This document shows, piece by piece, positions 13,747-25,378 of a DNA stretch of 64,000 bases (positions are counted from its first letter, which is position 1; the number at the start of each line of letters is the position of its first letter). Below the pieces are notes generated by a model. It made no database searches, was not told where the DNA came from, and saw nothing but the letters and a program-made list of their open reading frames with translations. Source of the DNA: Pseudovirgaria hyperparasitica (lineage: Eukaryota); the NCBI GenBank assembly GCA_010093815.1, contig ML996572.1; one strand, given 5' to 3'. Position numbers and translations under genes: made by a program.

Positions 13747-14362
13747 CAGAGTTCCTATCAATCAGTCCAACTTCAATTCTGCCTCTCCAGAATTGACTCA
13801 GTCCAGTTCAACTGAGGCCTCTTGCCAAGGGTTGGATCTTCAGTCCAATTCAATTCTAGGGTAGGATTGAGTTGCTAATAGTTGAGTTGAACTGAAGTTA
13901 TATATAGATAGGTATATTGGTAGATATCCTCTTAAGGTTAGGTGATTCGACGAGATTCATTATGAGAATGTCACGTGATATGTCACGTGATGTGTCATGT
14001 GACTTTCTCGGGTACATTAGGTAAGCTATCATGTGATAGGTCACGTGACTTTCACGCGACTTATCATCACTCTCTCATGTATAAAACCACATAAAGTCTC
14101 TATACTAATAGCTATATATAAATAATATGAATATAGTCTCTTTTAAGCTTATTATTCACTCATATTAAGAATTACTATATAGGTAATATAGATATATAGC
14201 CTTAAAATACTAAATTTTATGCATCTTTAAGACTTTTAGCTAATCTTACTAATATACTTCAGTCCAGTCCAGTTCAACTTCAATTCTACTACTAGGATTA
14301 ACAGTCCAGTTCAATTCAACTAGAGGCCCAAAATTGAACTGAACTGATTGATAGGAAGTCTG
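13747..14362. mobile_element. Non-autonomous hAT-type DNA transposon (MITE-like), 616 bp
   Basis: Left end CAGAGTTCCTATCAATCAGT vs reverse complement of right end CAGACTTCCTATCAATCAGT (19/20). Perfect 8-bp flanking direct repeat ACCGCGGA at 13739-13746 and 14363-14370. Subterminal CAGTCCA/TTCAA repeats; AT/TpA-rich interior; no ORF. Confidence 0.9.
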
Positions 14363-15149
14363 ACCGCGGATGAACGGAAAGAGACATCACGTGGATCTGA
14401 TTCAAATCCTTAAGACTGAGTCAACTAAAAACCTACCATTCATTATACGGAGAGATGCTTCCTTGCATACCAGAGCCAGATTGGGATCGACTATACCCAG
14501 GAAAGTTAAAACTTCAATGTTGTCGACGAAAGAGAACTTAGAGAAGCTTCGAAATGGATACTAATCTACAATGATGCCACTCTGGTGATAGTATGTATAT
14601 ATGATCATATCGGAGATATCAAATTTGTATGCGTCGTAGGCGGTACCTTTAATAGTTCGACATAGTAATTGTTTATTGTTGCCTGCTTAGCAAGATGTCA
14701 AATAACATTATTGGTGAAGAGGTGAAGCATAATGGCTATATAAACCGATGAAGCCCCGACGCTACGCCCAATCCGGATCCGTGGCGATGGGGACCCAGTC
14801 TACTGTCAAGCTAGCGCGTGTGCAGCAATTCACTTTCAAGGTCTGTTGCTATTCAGTAACAGTCATTGTCCAGATGCGCCTGCCGCCGCGTTCGTTTGCT
14901 CGCGACCCCGCAGATGACTCTTTCTTCACCGCAAGAGGGAGATTGGTCAGGTCTCGGAGAAGTTAAAGCTGTACGTACTGCACATCACCACCTCCATTTC
15001 CACCACTTTCACTGCTGTCGCCGACATAAAACCCATCGCCTACATTAGCTTATACCTGCCCAGAAAGACTCGTACGCTCGCTGCTGAAAGCTTGCGATCC
15101 TACTGCTCGGCACGTCTCACTCATATATCGTTCACCCAGTTTTGCAACA

Positions 15150-18100
15150 ATGCCTCACGCTGTTCTTGATGACGACGGGATCGACGCCCGCGACGACGAG
15201 CTCATCGCCAGCCTCTTGAACACCGACGCTCAAGATGTCGACCAACTTGACTTTAGCAGAGAGCTCGAACCGGGCGAGAAAGCCGATGATGCTCAGGACT
15301 TTGAGGATATTGGAGACGATGACTTGGCCGACGATGAGGACGAGATCGTGCCAAACCCGGACAGAGTTGATATGAATGGACACTCTTTCGATGATACGCA
15401 AGACGGTGCGGATGGTATCTTTGACGACGGCTTCGACGCTCTTTTCGATGATGCGCCTTCTCCCCCAACGGACGGCACGGCTACACAGAAGGTTGTCGGG
15501 AACGAAGACGACAAAGATGATCTACATGGGCTGTTCGAAGACGAAGACGATCATAATACTGACCAAGCTAATGGAATCGCTCCCATATCTCACAACGCGA
15601 CCCAGCTTGAGGACGAAGAGAAGGAGGATTCAGATTTGGCAGACGAAACTCAAGGGCCTTCACCAAATCCTGTAGACGACGGAAGTCTGGACCATATCGA
15701 GGACCCAGCCGAGAGAGCGCAACTCCTGGAACAGCTTGAGTTATTCGGCTTTCACCGCGACAGGCAGACTCGGACTGTCACGGCGGATATTCCACCGCCA
15801 CCTGAGACCGACAAGGAACTGTTCCGCACAATCTTCCCACTGTTCGAGGAAGACAAACCTGTCAGGTGGAAGAAAGTGCTACCCCAGAAACGTGCATATT
15901 TCGTTGGCAAACAGCCTCTCAAACCACCAAAGTCGATTCAGCCATCCAAGGTGACCCTTGATCTTATGCCGGACCAGGAGAAATTGTTCAGGCTGCCACC
16001 TTCGACCACTGCACCAACAAAAACCCGAGCCGAGGAAGCTGCACAAAGAGGACTAATTCTCGTTACAACCCATGATACACAGGATAAGGAAGAGGAAGAG
16101 TCAGATGTAGATGATATGGACGATAACGAGCCCGTTGGTGGCTTTAGATGGCAAGACCTAGAAGTCGTTTGTGCAGACTGGGACCTCTCAAGCTCAAGTG
16201 ATGCATCTGAATATGGCGATATTGTACTACCTCCTGCTAAGAAGCAGAAGGGAAACCAGATGGACCAGAGTGGGCTTTTACACCGTTTCTACGAGGATTT
16301 TCCTTCGCTTGAGGACCCTGAAGCTACAACTGCGAAACTGGCGACTAAGATTACTTTGGATATGAACGATCCACATTTAATGCTCCACGAAATGGACGCC
16401 AATATTACCCCTCGAATACCTCGCAAACCTGGACTGGAATTCAAGCGAGACGTGAGCGGAAGTTTCACTCGTGCGCTATCTAAACGATTCAATATCTCTA
16501 ATGACGAGGCTTACGACGCCCTCAAAGAGAACCACCACAACAACAAGGTTCGCCACCTCATCGGCACCGAGAGCCTCGAACACGCAACACCGGCATTACG
16601 GCTACAGTTCCCATTCTACAAGGTGAAGATGAGTGCTCGAGAATGTCGGTCTTTCCACAGACCCCAAATGCATTTTAAGGCCCCCGAGCTAGCTAAAGTT
16701 ACGAAAAATCGTCGCGTAAAGCGAAAGCTGCTAAAGGGCCTATCTGCGAAGGAGATCTACGCTACATCCGACAGTCTTTCTTTAGCAGATAATTCCGACA
16801 TGATTCTCTTCGAGTACTCCGAGGAGCAACCTATGATGATGTCGAATTTCGGAATGCATAGTCGTCTCATCAACTATTACAAGCGAAAAGATGATGCGGA
16901 TACGCAGAGGCCGAAGAAAGAGCTTGGTGAAACATCCGTATTATTACCACAAGACGATAGTCCATTTTCCAAATTCGGCACAGTGGAACCTGGCGAGATG
17001 ACTTCAGCACTGAGCAATCAGATGTTCCGCGCTCCTGTATTCCAACACGAGCCGAAGAACAGTGATTTCCTGATCATTCGGAGCACTACCGGAGAGAACG
17101 GCCATAGTTGGCATGTGAGGAACATCTCAAACCTGATGGTCGTTGGCCAACAGTTTCCCAATATGGAGATACCTGGAACTCATTCGCGCAAAGTGACTGA
17201 AGCTGCCAAGAACCGATTGAAGATGATTGCGTACCGGATATACCGTAGTAATTCTCGCCGGAAGGTCAAGGGCGCTCTTCTTAGCAATGAAATGATACGA
17301 GAGCATCTTCCTGGAACAGACATCGCCCAGAACCGTGGAAAGCTGAGAGAGTTCATGCAGTACGACAAAGAACGTGCCTCCTGGAATCCTAACCCCGCTG
17401 AATACACAGACGACGCACCTGTCGAATCGCTTCGAAAGATAGTTCCGGAAACAATCTGCCTACTGGACGCCACACAAGTCGGAGCCCAGTATCTGCAAGA
17501 CGCAGGTTATAACAAAACTGATAATGATCAAGAGGACGTCGACGAAGACGGCGAGACTATGGAGGAGCAGATGGCGCCCTGGCAGCTCACCAAGAATTTC
17601 TTGAATGCTGCAGCTGGCAAGGCCATGGTCGAGATTCATGGGCCTGGCGACCCTACTGGATGTTCCGAGGCTTTCAGTTTCATCAAAGTTTCAATGAAAG
17701 GTGGCTTTCGTGCACTGGGTGAGAGTATCGAGGACCAGCTCGATGCTCAGAAAAAGAAAGCAAACAGTGGGCATAATTACAACGTGGCCACTCAAGAACA
17801 GAAGTACAGAGAGGCCATAACGAGAACTTGGAATGCCCAAAAACAGAGCCTCAGTTCAACCGTTGAACAAGAAGGCTTTGATGCAGATGGCGTGGACAAT
17901 GTCGAGGAAGTGGTTGATAACGGTCGAGAACCTACGCCACATCACGTGGGCGGGTCCCAGTATGGGACGCCCATGCGCAACGACGATGATACTATGAGTC
18001 AATTCAGTAGACTTAGCCGATCCAGCCAGAAAGGCAAGATGCTGAAAATCACGCGGACGGTGCTTGATACGTATGGGAACCCGAAGACAGAGCGCGAGGT

Positions 18101-18601
18101 TATCAAAAACCCCCGGGTCATTCGAGAGTACCTGAAAAGGCAAAGCGCCGCCCACCTCGAAGACATTAAGAAAGATTTATTCAATCTGAAGCCCACGGGT
18201 GATGAGGCCAAAGATGCTTTGCGAGAGAGAGCGTAAGATTGCGTCTTGACCTTTCATCTCAGCCATAGCTAACATCCGTGTAGTCTTCGCGACGAACTTC
18301 TGCGTCTTGAGCGCAACCAAGAACGCCGCATGGGCCGCGAGAAAGCCAAGGGTGTCTACAACCCATCTAATTCCGACTCTCCTGGTACAGGAAAGCACGT
18401 TGGTACCCACCGCAAGTGTAAGCGCTGTGGTAAAGCTGGTCATATTAGTACTAACAAGAAGTAAGTTTTATTCTCTCTCTCCTCCCGGCGAAAGGATCAT
18501 AAGTATGCTGACGCAACTTCAACAGGCTCTGCCCAATGCAAAACGGCACGATCCAGGGACCCGAGGATTCTGATGCTGCGTTTCCTATGCCCACTATATA
18601 A
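15150..18601 (+). CDS. TAF1: TFIID subunit 1 (TAF1/TAF145)
   Basis: KADDAQDFEDIGDDDLAD, RFNISNDEAYDAL, FEYSEEQP, PGTHSRKVT, GPGDPTGCSEAFSF; C-terminal zinc knuckle CKRCGKAGH..NKKLCP. Introns 18233-18283 and 18461-18525. Confidence 0.95.
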
Positions 18602-19313
18602 TCGCCTCTCCCACCTCTATACGCGTAGCTTCACGTCTTGTTTTCCTGAATTTTCATTCTGCATGCAGATGTTTCGACCTCCTTGGCGTTGATACGGTGT
18701 AACATGGCGCAGTAATTGGACTAAAAGGTCAGCTATTGTTACAGTTTGACAGCGAGCTACGCCGGTCGGCTCGTGGGAAGTCCCGCCTTTGAAATATATA
18801 AGGCCTGGTCTTTGATCGGAAATGAATCGCACCATTCAGCAGTGAAGATGTAAGATAGGTATTCGTCTTTCCAATTCAGTAGCGATCACTGGTGGATTGC
18901 GACGGTGAATGAAACGGGCTGCGTGCAATATTTACGCATGAGGACGACTCGAATGCAGAGCGAGCATTGTTATTACCATATAGGTTAGATTAACTCAGTA
19001 CAGTAAACCTTGTGTGCGATACCAAATGTGTCCGATATCTGCCCCATTGGTGGCTGATGCGGCCTATTGCGGCAGCTTAATTATCTGTTCAAATAGTTGA
19101 TGTCGGTGATTATGTAAGATCCTTTCCCGTGCCAAGACCACCTGGTGATGGCGAACCGCTTGCGGCTCATGCTTCAGAGCCGCGTCGAAGCTCTGATCTC
19201 CTGTACTCCATCACTTGAACACAACACTCACTCAACACGATTTCTTTACGCGCGCTCTCGACTCTCCTGTAACCGCTGTCCTCCTCGACTCTATCTCAGC
19301 TCCACAAGCAGCC

Positions 19314-20676
19314 ATGGCCGACGTCGCCGTAGAGAATCCGGCGAACCAAGTCCATCCTCACAAGAAGCAACTACCTTCATCTATACCCAACTTTGAATCG
19401 TTAGAGGGCTTTTCAACGGACGGTGATGAATACTCCACATTCAAGAAGCTTCAGAGACAGCTAGAGTATGTCTTCAACGAGCTCAAGAGTATCGACATAC
19501 GTGCTAACAAAGCGGACAGATACATTCAGCTCCAGGAAGAATACATCAAGGATGAGCAAAGGAGTTTGAAGCGTGAGCTCATTCGAGCGCAGGAGGAGAT
19601 AAAGCGCATTCAATCTGTGCCGCTGGTGATTGGGCAGTTCATGGAGGCTATTGACCAAAAGTGTGTTACGCAATAATGCTTGAAGCTATCTCGCTGACCT
19701 TCATAGTACGGGGATTGTACAATCGTCGACAGGGTCTAATTATGTCGTCCGGATCCTATCTACGCTCGACCGCGAACTTCTCAAGCCCTCCTCGTCTGTC
19801 GCCCTCCACCGCCACTCCAATGCTCTAGTCGATATTCTACCCCCAGAGGCCGACTCCTCGATAGCAATGCTCGGTGCCGACGAGAAGCCCGATGTCACAT
19901 ATGCGGACGTAGGAGGTCTGGATATGCAAAAGCAGGAGATTAGAGAAGCAGTCGAGCTGCCACTCACACACTTCGATCTGTACAAGCAGATCGGTATTGA
20001 CCCGCCACGCGGTGTACTGCTGTACGGTCCCCCGGGTACCGGCAAGACAATGCTGGTCAAGGCCGTCGCGAACAGCACAACTGCATCATTCATTCGAGTT
20101 GTTGGCTCCGAATTTGTGCAAAAGTACCTCGGTGAAGGACCCCGCATGGTGCGTGACGTCTTCCGCATGGCACGCGAGAACTCGCCTGCGATTATCTTCA
20201 TCGACGAAATCGACGCCATCGCCACGAAACGTTTCGATGCACAGACCGGTGCCGATCGCGAGGTCCAACGTATCCTACTCGAGCTGCTGAATCAGATGGA
20301 CGGTTTCGATCAGACCTCCAACGTCAAGGTCATCATGGCAACGAATCGTGCCGACACGCTCGATCCCGCCCTGCTGCGTCCCGGTCGTCTGGACCGAAAG
20401 ATTGAATTCCCTTCTCTGCGCGACCGCCGCGAACGACGCTTGATCTTCAGCACTATTGCCAGCAAGATGAGTCTGAGTCCCGAGGTCGATCTGGACAGTC
20501 TGATTGTGCGGAACGATCCGCTCAGCGGTGCCATTATTGCGGCGATCATGCAAGAGGCCGGGCTGAGGGCGGTGCGGAAGAATAGGTACAACATCATCCA
20601 GAGCGATCTGGAGGATGCGTATGCCAGCCAGGTCAAGGGTGCGCAGGAGGCTGACAAGTTCGACTTTTACAAGTAG
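19314..20676 (+). CDS. RPT3: 26S proteasome regulatory AAA-ATPase subunit Rpt3
   Basis: Walker [43 protein letters not shown]-terminal FDFYK. Introns 19466-19519 and 19661-19706. Confidence 0.97.
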
Positions 20677-21189
20677 AGAGAGAAAGAGTAGACAGGGCGG
20701 GGCGGGGGAGCAAGGTTGGATGAGGAGAGAGGTTCTGCATAGACTTACTTTGATAGCAAACAGCCTGCCGACGCGTTCCGGAGGCACTGTAATATACACA
20801 GAATCATCACGCACTTCAATCGTAATATCGCCACCCCTTTCCATCCCCAAATCAATCTCAGACTCGCGGGTGTAGGCCAAAGTGTATCTTGCTGCTCAGG
20901 CGGTGTTCAAGTCATATTCACTTCACATCCACAAAACCCGGCAGCTTTCAGTCGACCGATCAAGTAATCACACACAGACACATAGACAGAGCATATCTCA
21001 ATAGACCTAATTCTATTACCCATATGAACACTCATACACACACTCTCCCCGCTCTCCCCTTCCCCCCTTTCCAAACCTAAACGCTACCCATCTCCCTCCT
21101 TCCCAGATCCCGCAAGGAAGGCGGCCCAAAAGGTCATACATGAGTAAAATGGCACTGCTCTGCACATACACATATGCGACTAGGTAGTT

Positions 21190-21761
21190 TATGACGATGA
21201 CGAAGATAATGACGACGATAATGACGACGACAACAATGACGATAAATGATGATGGATAAAACACAGAAAAAACCCACACGGGACAATGATGACGGTTGGT
21301 ATCAAGGGGGTTAAAAAAAAACAATAAAAAAAAATACTCACAAGAAACAATAGGATACAAACAACCACAATCCCATTCTCAACTACAATCGAATCTTCAC
21401 ACACGCACGATACGCTACGCTACACACAAACTATATTGCACGCACGCTACGCACTACCTATACCACACACCCACAAAGAAGGACAGGACAGGACAGGACA
21501 GGACAGGACAGGACAGGACAGGCACGAAGAACAAGCAAGCATGTAACGCAGTAAGTAACGCAGTAGGTAACGCAGTACGCAGTAGATAGGTAGGTAGGTA
21601 CGTAGCCATTTCCCCAAGCAAAGCAAAGCCTAGCCTAGGAAATGATATGATATGCCAAGATAAGACAGGACAGGACAGGACAGGCTACAAGGCATGAAAA
21701 CAGCCGTTTTGGTTATCTCCCCGCCCTCCGGCCCAAAAAAAACCGAGTAGACGAGCGGTGG

Positions 21762-21797
<36 letters not shown>

Positions 21798-22127
21798 CAA
21801 TGACCATGATGATAATGATGACCATGATGATAAATAAACATAGGAAAAGACTCAGGGGCGCTAGGACCGCGACGCGACGCGACTGCCATATAGTCATGTC
21901 ACACGCGTGGACTTATGCTACTACTAGTACTAGTAACTACTACCAATCCTACTACCACTCCTACTACCACTCCTACTACTACCCCTAATCCCCGTCTAGT
22001 CTCTGCAACGGAACGCTACATGGTCAAAATGGAACACGCTCACAACTGCTCGGACTTCTCTACGACAGACGGATAAGACAGATAAGACAGACAAACAGAC
22101 AGACCAAGCAGGGACAAAGGAGATGAC

Positions 22128-22158
<31 letters not shown>

Positions 22159-22195
22159 CAAAGACGCGCACGCAATGCTTTGATGATGATGAATT
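21190..22195. repeat. Cluster of microsatellites in the RPT3/MSS4 convergent intergenic region
   Basis: (GGACA)n 21481-21520, (GAT)n ~21763-21797 and ~22129-22158, TACTACCAC-type repeats ~21940-21985, GACGAT/poly-A runs. Confidence 0.9.
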
Positions 22196-22426
22196 ATAAA
22201 GAAGAAGAAGCAGATAAAAAAAGGGGAGAATTACAGGATTGCGAGCGCTTCGCCGTCCGTTCTTTTACGCAGAGAGGTATACAAATAACATTTACAAATG
22301 GATCGTCGCTTACTCGCCGGTTTGGGGGTGCCTCTCCGGGCTGACCTTGGTGGTATATAGGGGATTTTGATTTGATTTCAGGAGGGACGAGTTCGCAGGT
22401 GCCTCGATGCCCCATAGGGAAAAGTC

Positions 22427-25378
22427 TCATTGTACCGCGTCAATTCTCATGCCGTACTCCTCCATCTCTACACCGCCTGGCCCTGTTTTGACACGTGATG
22501 GACTATGCGTGAATTCTTGGGCGACAAGAGGTGGGGCCAGATCTCCAGAGTTCGTATGGGGGATTGTTGGAAGAGACTTGTCCCTGCCTCTTCCTCTCAT
22601 GTCATCTTTTGGTGGTGTAGGCGGACCGTCCTTTGGCGGAGTCGGCGGACGCTCATCGTCGGCCTCACGACCGTCTTTCGGCGGGGTTGGCGGTGGGCGC
22701 GAGTACGCATGTGCTGCAGTTGGAGAGAGAGTGTTGGCAGGGCCGGCGTGTTTCGGAGGGTTGTGTGGATCGGAACTCCTAGTGCTCCTTTGACTTCGCG
22801 CGCTACGTCCATCAACACTACTCGTTTCATGTGCTTCCTCCACAACTGGCAGACTATAGCCCAGTTCGCCGCGCTCTGCACTTGGACTTCGGACTACTGT
22901 GATGCTGCGTTCCGGAATATTCTCTTCACTTTGGCCATGTCTTTTCGAGCGCTCGGCAACCTTCTCTGCTTTCTCGATGACCTTTTCAGTGGGCGTTTGA
23001 CGAGCTTGCTCGATTGAAGCGCTGGGCATTTCACTCTCCCGGCGTTCTTCTTCCAGCTTCTCGGCGTCAGCGGCTTCCTTGGTTTTGGTGACTGCGGAAA
23101 TGAATCGAACAAAGCGATCTCCATAGCGCTCGGGGGGTATTGCAGAAATTTGAGACTCCTGATTTGACAGGCCTTTGATGAAATGTTCCATTCGTTTGAT
23201 AAGGCTGTACTGTTGTATGGGTTAGCATAGAATTGAATTTGTGCAAATGGGGCGACTTACGTGGGTCAAACAGTCAATGATACCCAGGTAGTAAATCTCT
23301 TCGCCTGGTCGATCGTCCTCATGTGTTGCCTGAAAGCCGCCATCATCGCTGTAAAAGTAGAAATTCGTCTTCCCTTCTACGGCCTCGTCTGGCATTTTAG
23401 TATTTGTTTGACCCATAGGAACTGGCTTCTGTAGCTTCAACGTCGCCCGCAATTCTTTCGCTTTCCGAGCATTCTCTAGCTTCGAAGGTGTCCGTAACAG
23501 CGGATTTGGTTGAAAGTCTTCAGGTTCATCTCCCATAGGCTGGAAGACTTGTAAGTTCTTCTCACGAAGACCCTCTTCGTTTCCCTTCTCCAAGTCATGA
23601 ATCCCAATAAGCAAAGAGTAGTCCATTATCTTGAGGCGCTGCAGAAGCTTAACATCCTGCTCCATCTGTGCTATGAAGGCCGATTTCTTGGTAGGACCAA
23701 ACTCCAGATGCAAATCCCTTCGTAGCCAGTTCAAATCCTTCAAGGTTGCGCGTGGGTTCTTCTCTAAATCCTCTTCTCGAAAGTCTCGACCTATAGTTGA
23801 GCCTTTCAAGTCGAAGGTGTGGTGGATGTCTCGATGCGGTGGGAATAGGTTGTTCATGACGACGAAGTGTATTTTCCGTCCGTAAGGAAGCTTGACTCGA
23901 TGGAGACCGTAGAACTGTGAAAGGAGAGTGTTGGGATTATGGCGGACGTGATCGTAATATTCTACCAAGATCTTCCGTAGAAATTTGTGCTCCGCGTGGT
24001 GGATTGTCTTGATGATGTATTTGTAGTCCCTCGAAAAATAGAAGAAGCTGCCACTCTTGCCAGGCGAACCAAGCTCGGACAAGATATACTTGCTAGTCAG
24101 AGACATCAAGTAGTCCGCGGGATCTTGTTGGAAGATTATTCTCAGGTGCCGGAAAACCCATGGAGCGTAGTCCTTGAATTTGAAGTCGTATTTGGCGGAC
24201 GGCGTGAGTTCGTTGCCGTTGCTGTGGGATCGTTAGCATTAGGCGAAGCAACGTAGTAGAGGGACAACTTACACATCAAATGAGAACTTGAAGCTGTCTG
24301 TGAAGTCTTTCTCTTCAAGGTCTCGATTCATCTTGGCATTTGTCCTGGAAACAGTGAAGCGAATGCCCGTCAGCATATTGTATGCTGTCACATAGTTGAC
24401 ATGGCCCTGTTCGACTTTGGTTCCGACTACCACCAGATCGTCGTCCTCTTCCTCTTTGCGTTTCCTTTTACTGGCGCGCTTTTTGGCAAGCTCAGCATAT
24501 CGTGCAGCATCCTCGTCTTGAACCTCATCGACGAGCACATCCGATTGTATTGATCGAGTACCTCTGCGCACGAGGGACATTGAACCACGTCGTCTCGTTG
24601 GTGTGTTGGGCGAGAAACGACCTGTAGATGTTGCAACGTCCTCGGCGTTCACACCGGCGAACTCGCGGGACATACGAGACGCCGAGACTTTGGGGACCTC
24701 GAGCGTATGCCGATGCTGGAGTCGAGCGCTCCCCGGAAGCTGTGAAGATGTGGATGTTGTCGATTGATGCGATGATGAAAATGTTGGAGGTGAAGATACA
24801 CGTTGAGAGGGATTGGTCGGGTTGAGCAAATTCGCATCTGCGGGGGGGTATGTCGAGGAGACTCTTTGTGATTGAGATCCGTAGTCCGTGCTTGTGCGTA
24901 TGGCAGTTGGTGACTCCGAGAGACTCGACTCAGTTGTCCCATCAAGGCCATTTGTCATGTCTATTGTGACCTTTGTCGACCTGAAGCGTCGCTCCTCGGC
25001 GTTACCCTGTTCGGTATACGAGAACCTCCCATCATCACGGCTCACATTCCTGGGTACTGCAGTGTCACCATTAGAAGCGAATTTCTCATTTTCAGACATG
25101 GAGCTTCGCTTGCCCATTGTGTTGGCATTGAAGTCTCTGCTCGGGGCGGACTTGTCGTGGGAGTTTCTCTTTGTATCGTGCGTATAACCGTTTGGAAGGG
25201 ATTGCAACGGGGGATGACCATTTGACATTGCACTACTCTTCACTGACAGGTCGCCATTCGAAAGTCTGCCACTAGTCTCGCTGGATCGATTGAAGTGTTT
25301 GTCCATGGAAGTGCGCAATTCGTGGGAGCCGGATCGAAGAGAGGAATAGTCCCGTTCCTCGGCTAACAGAGAGGGCAT
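22427..25378 (-). CDS. MSS4: Phosphatidylinositol-4-phosphate 5-kinase (Mss4/Its3)
   Basis: [67 protein letters not shown]. Introns 24222-24272 and 23210-23260. Confidence 0.95.

Noticed and set aside
19040..19195. Rpn4-type site (GGTGGC) upstream of RPT3
   Set aside because: Only a 6-bp match; cannot be distinguished from chance without cross-species alignment.
21685..22344. Poly-Met/poly-Ile ORFs
   Set aside because: Translations of (GAT)n microsatellites.
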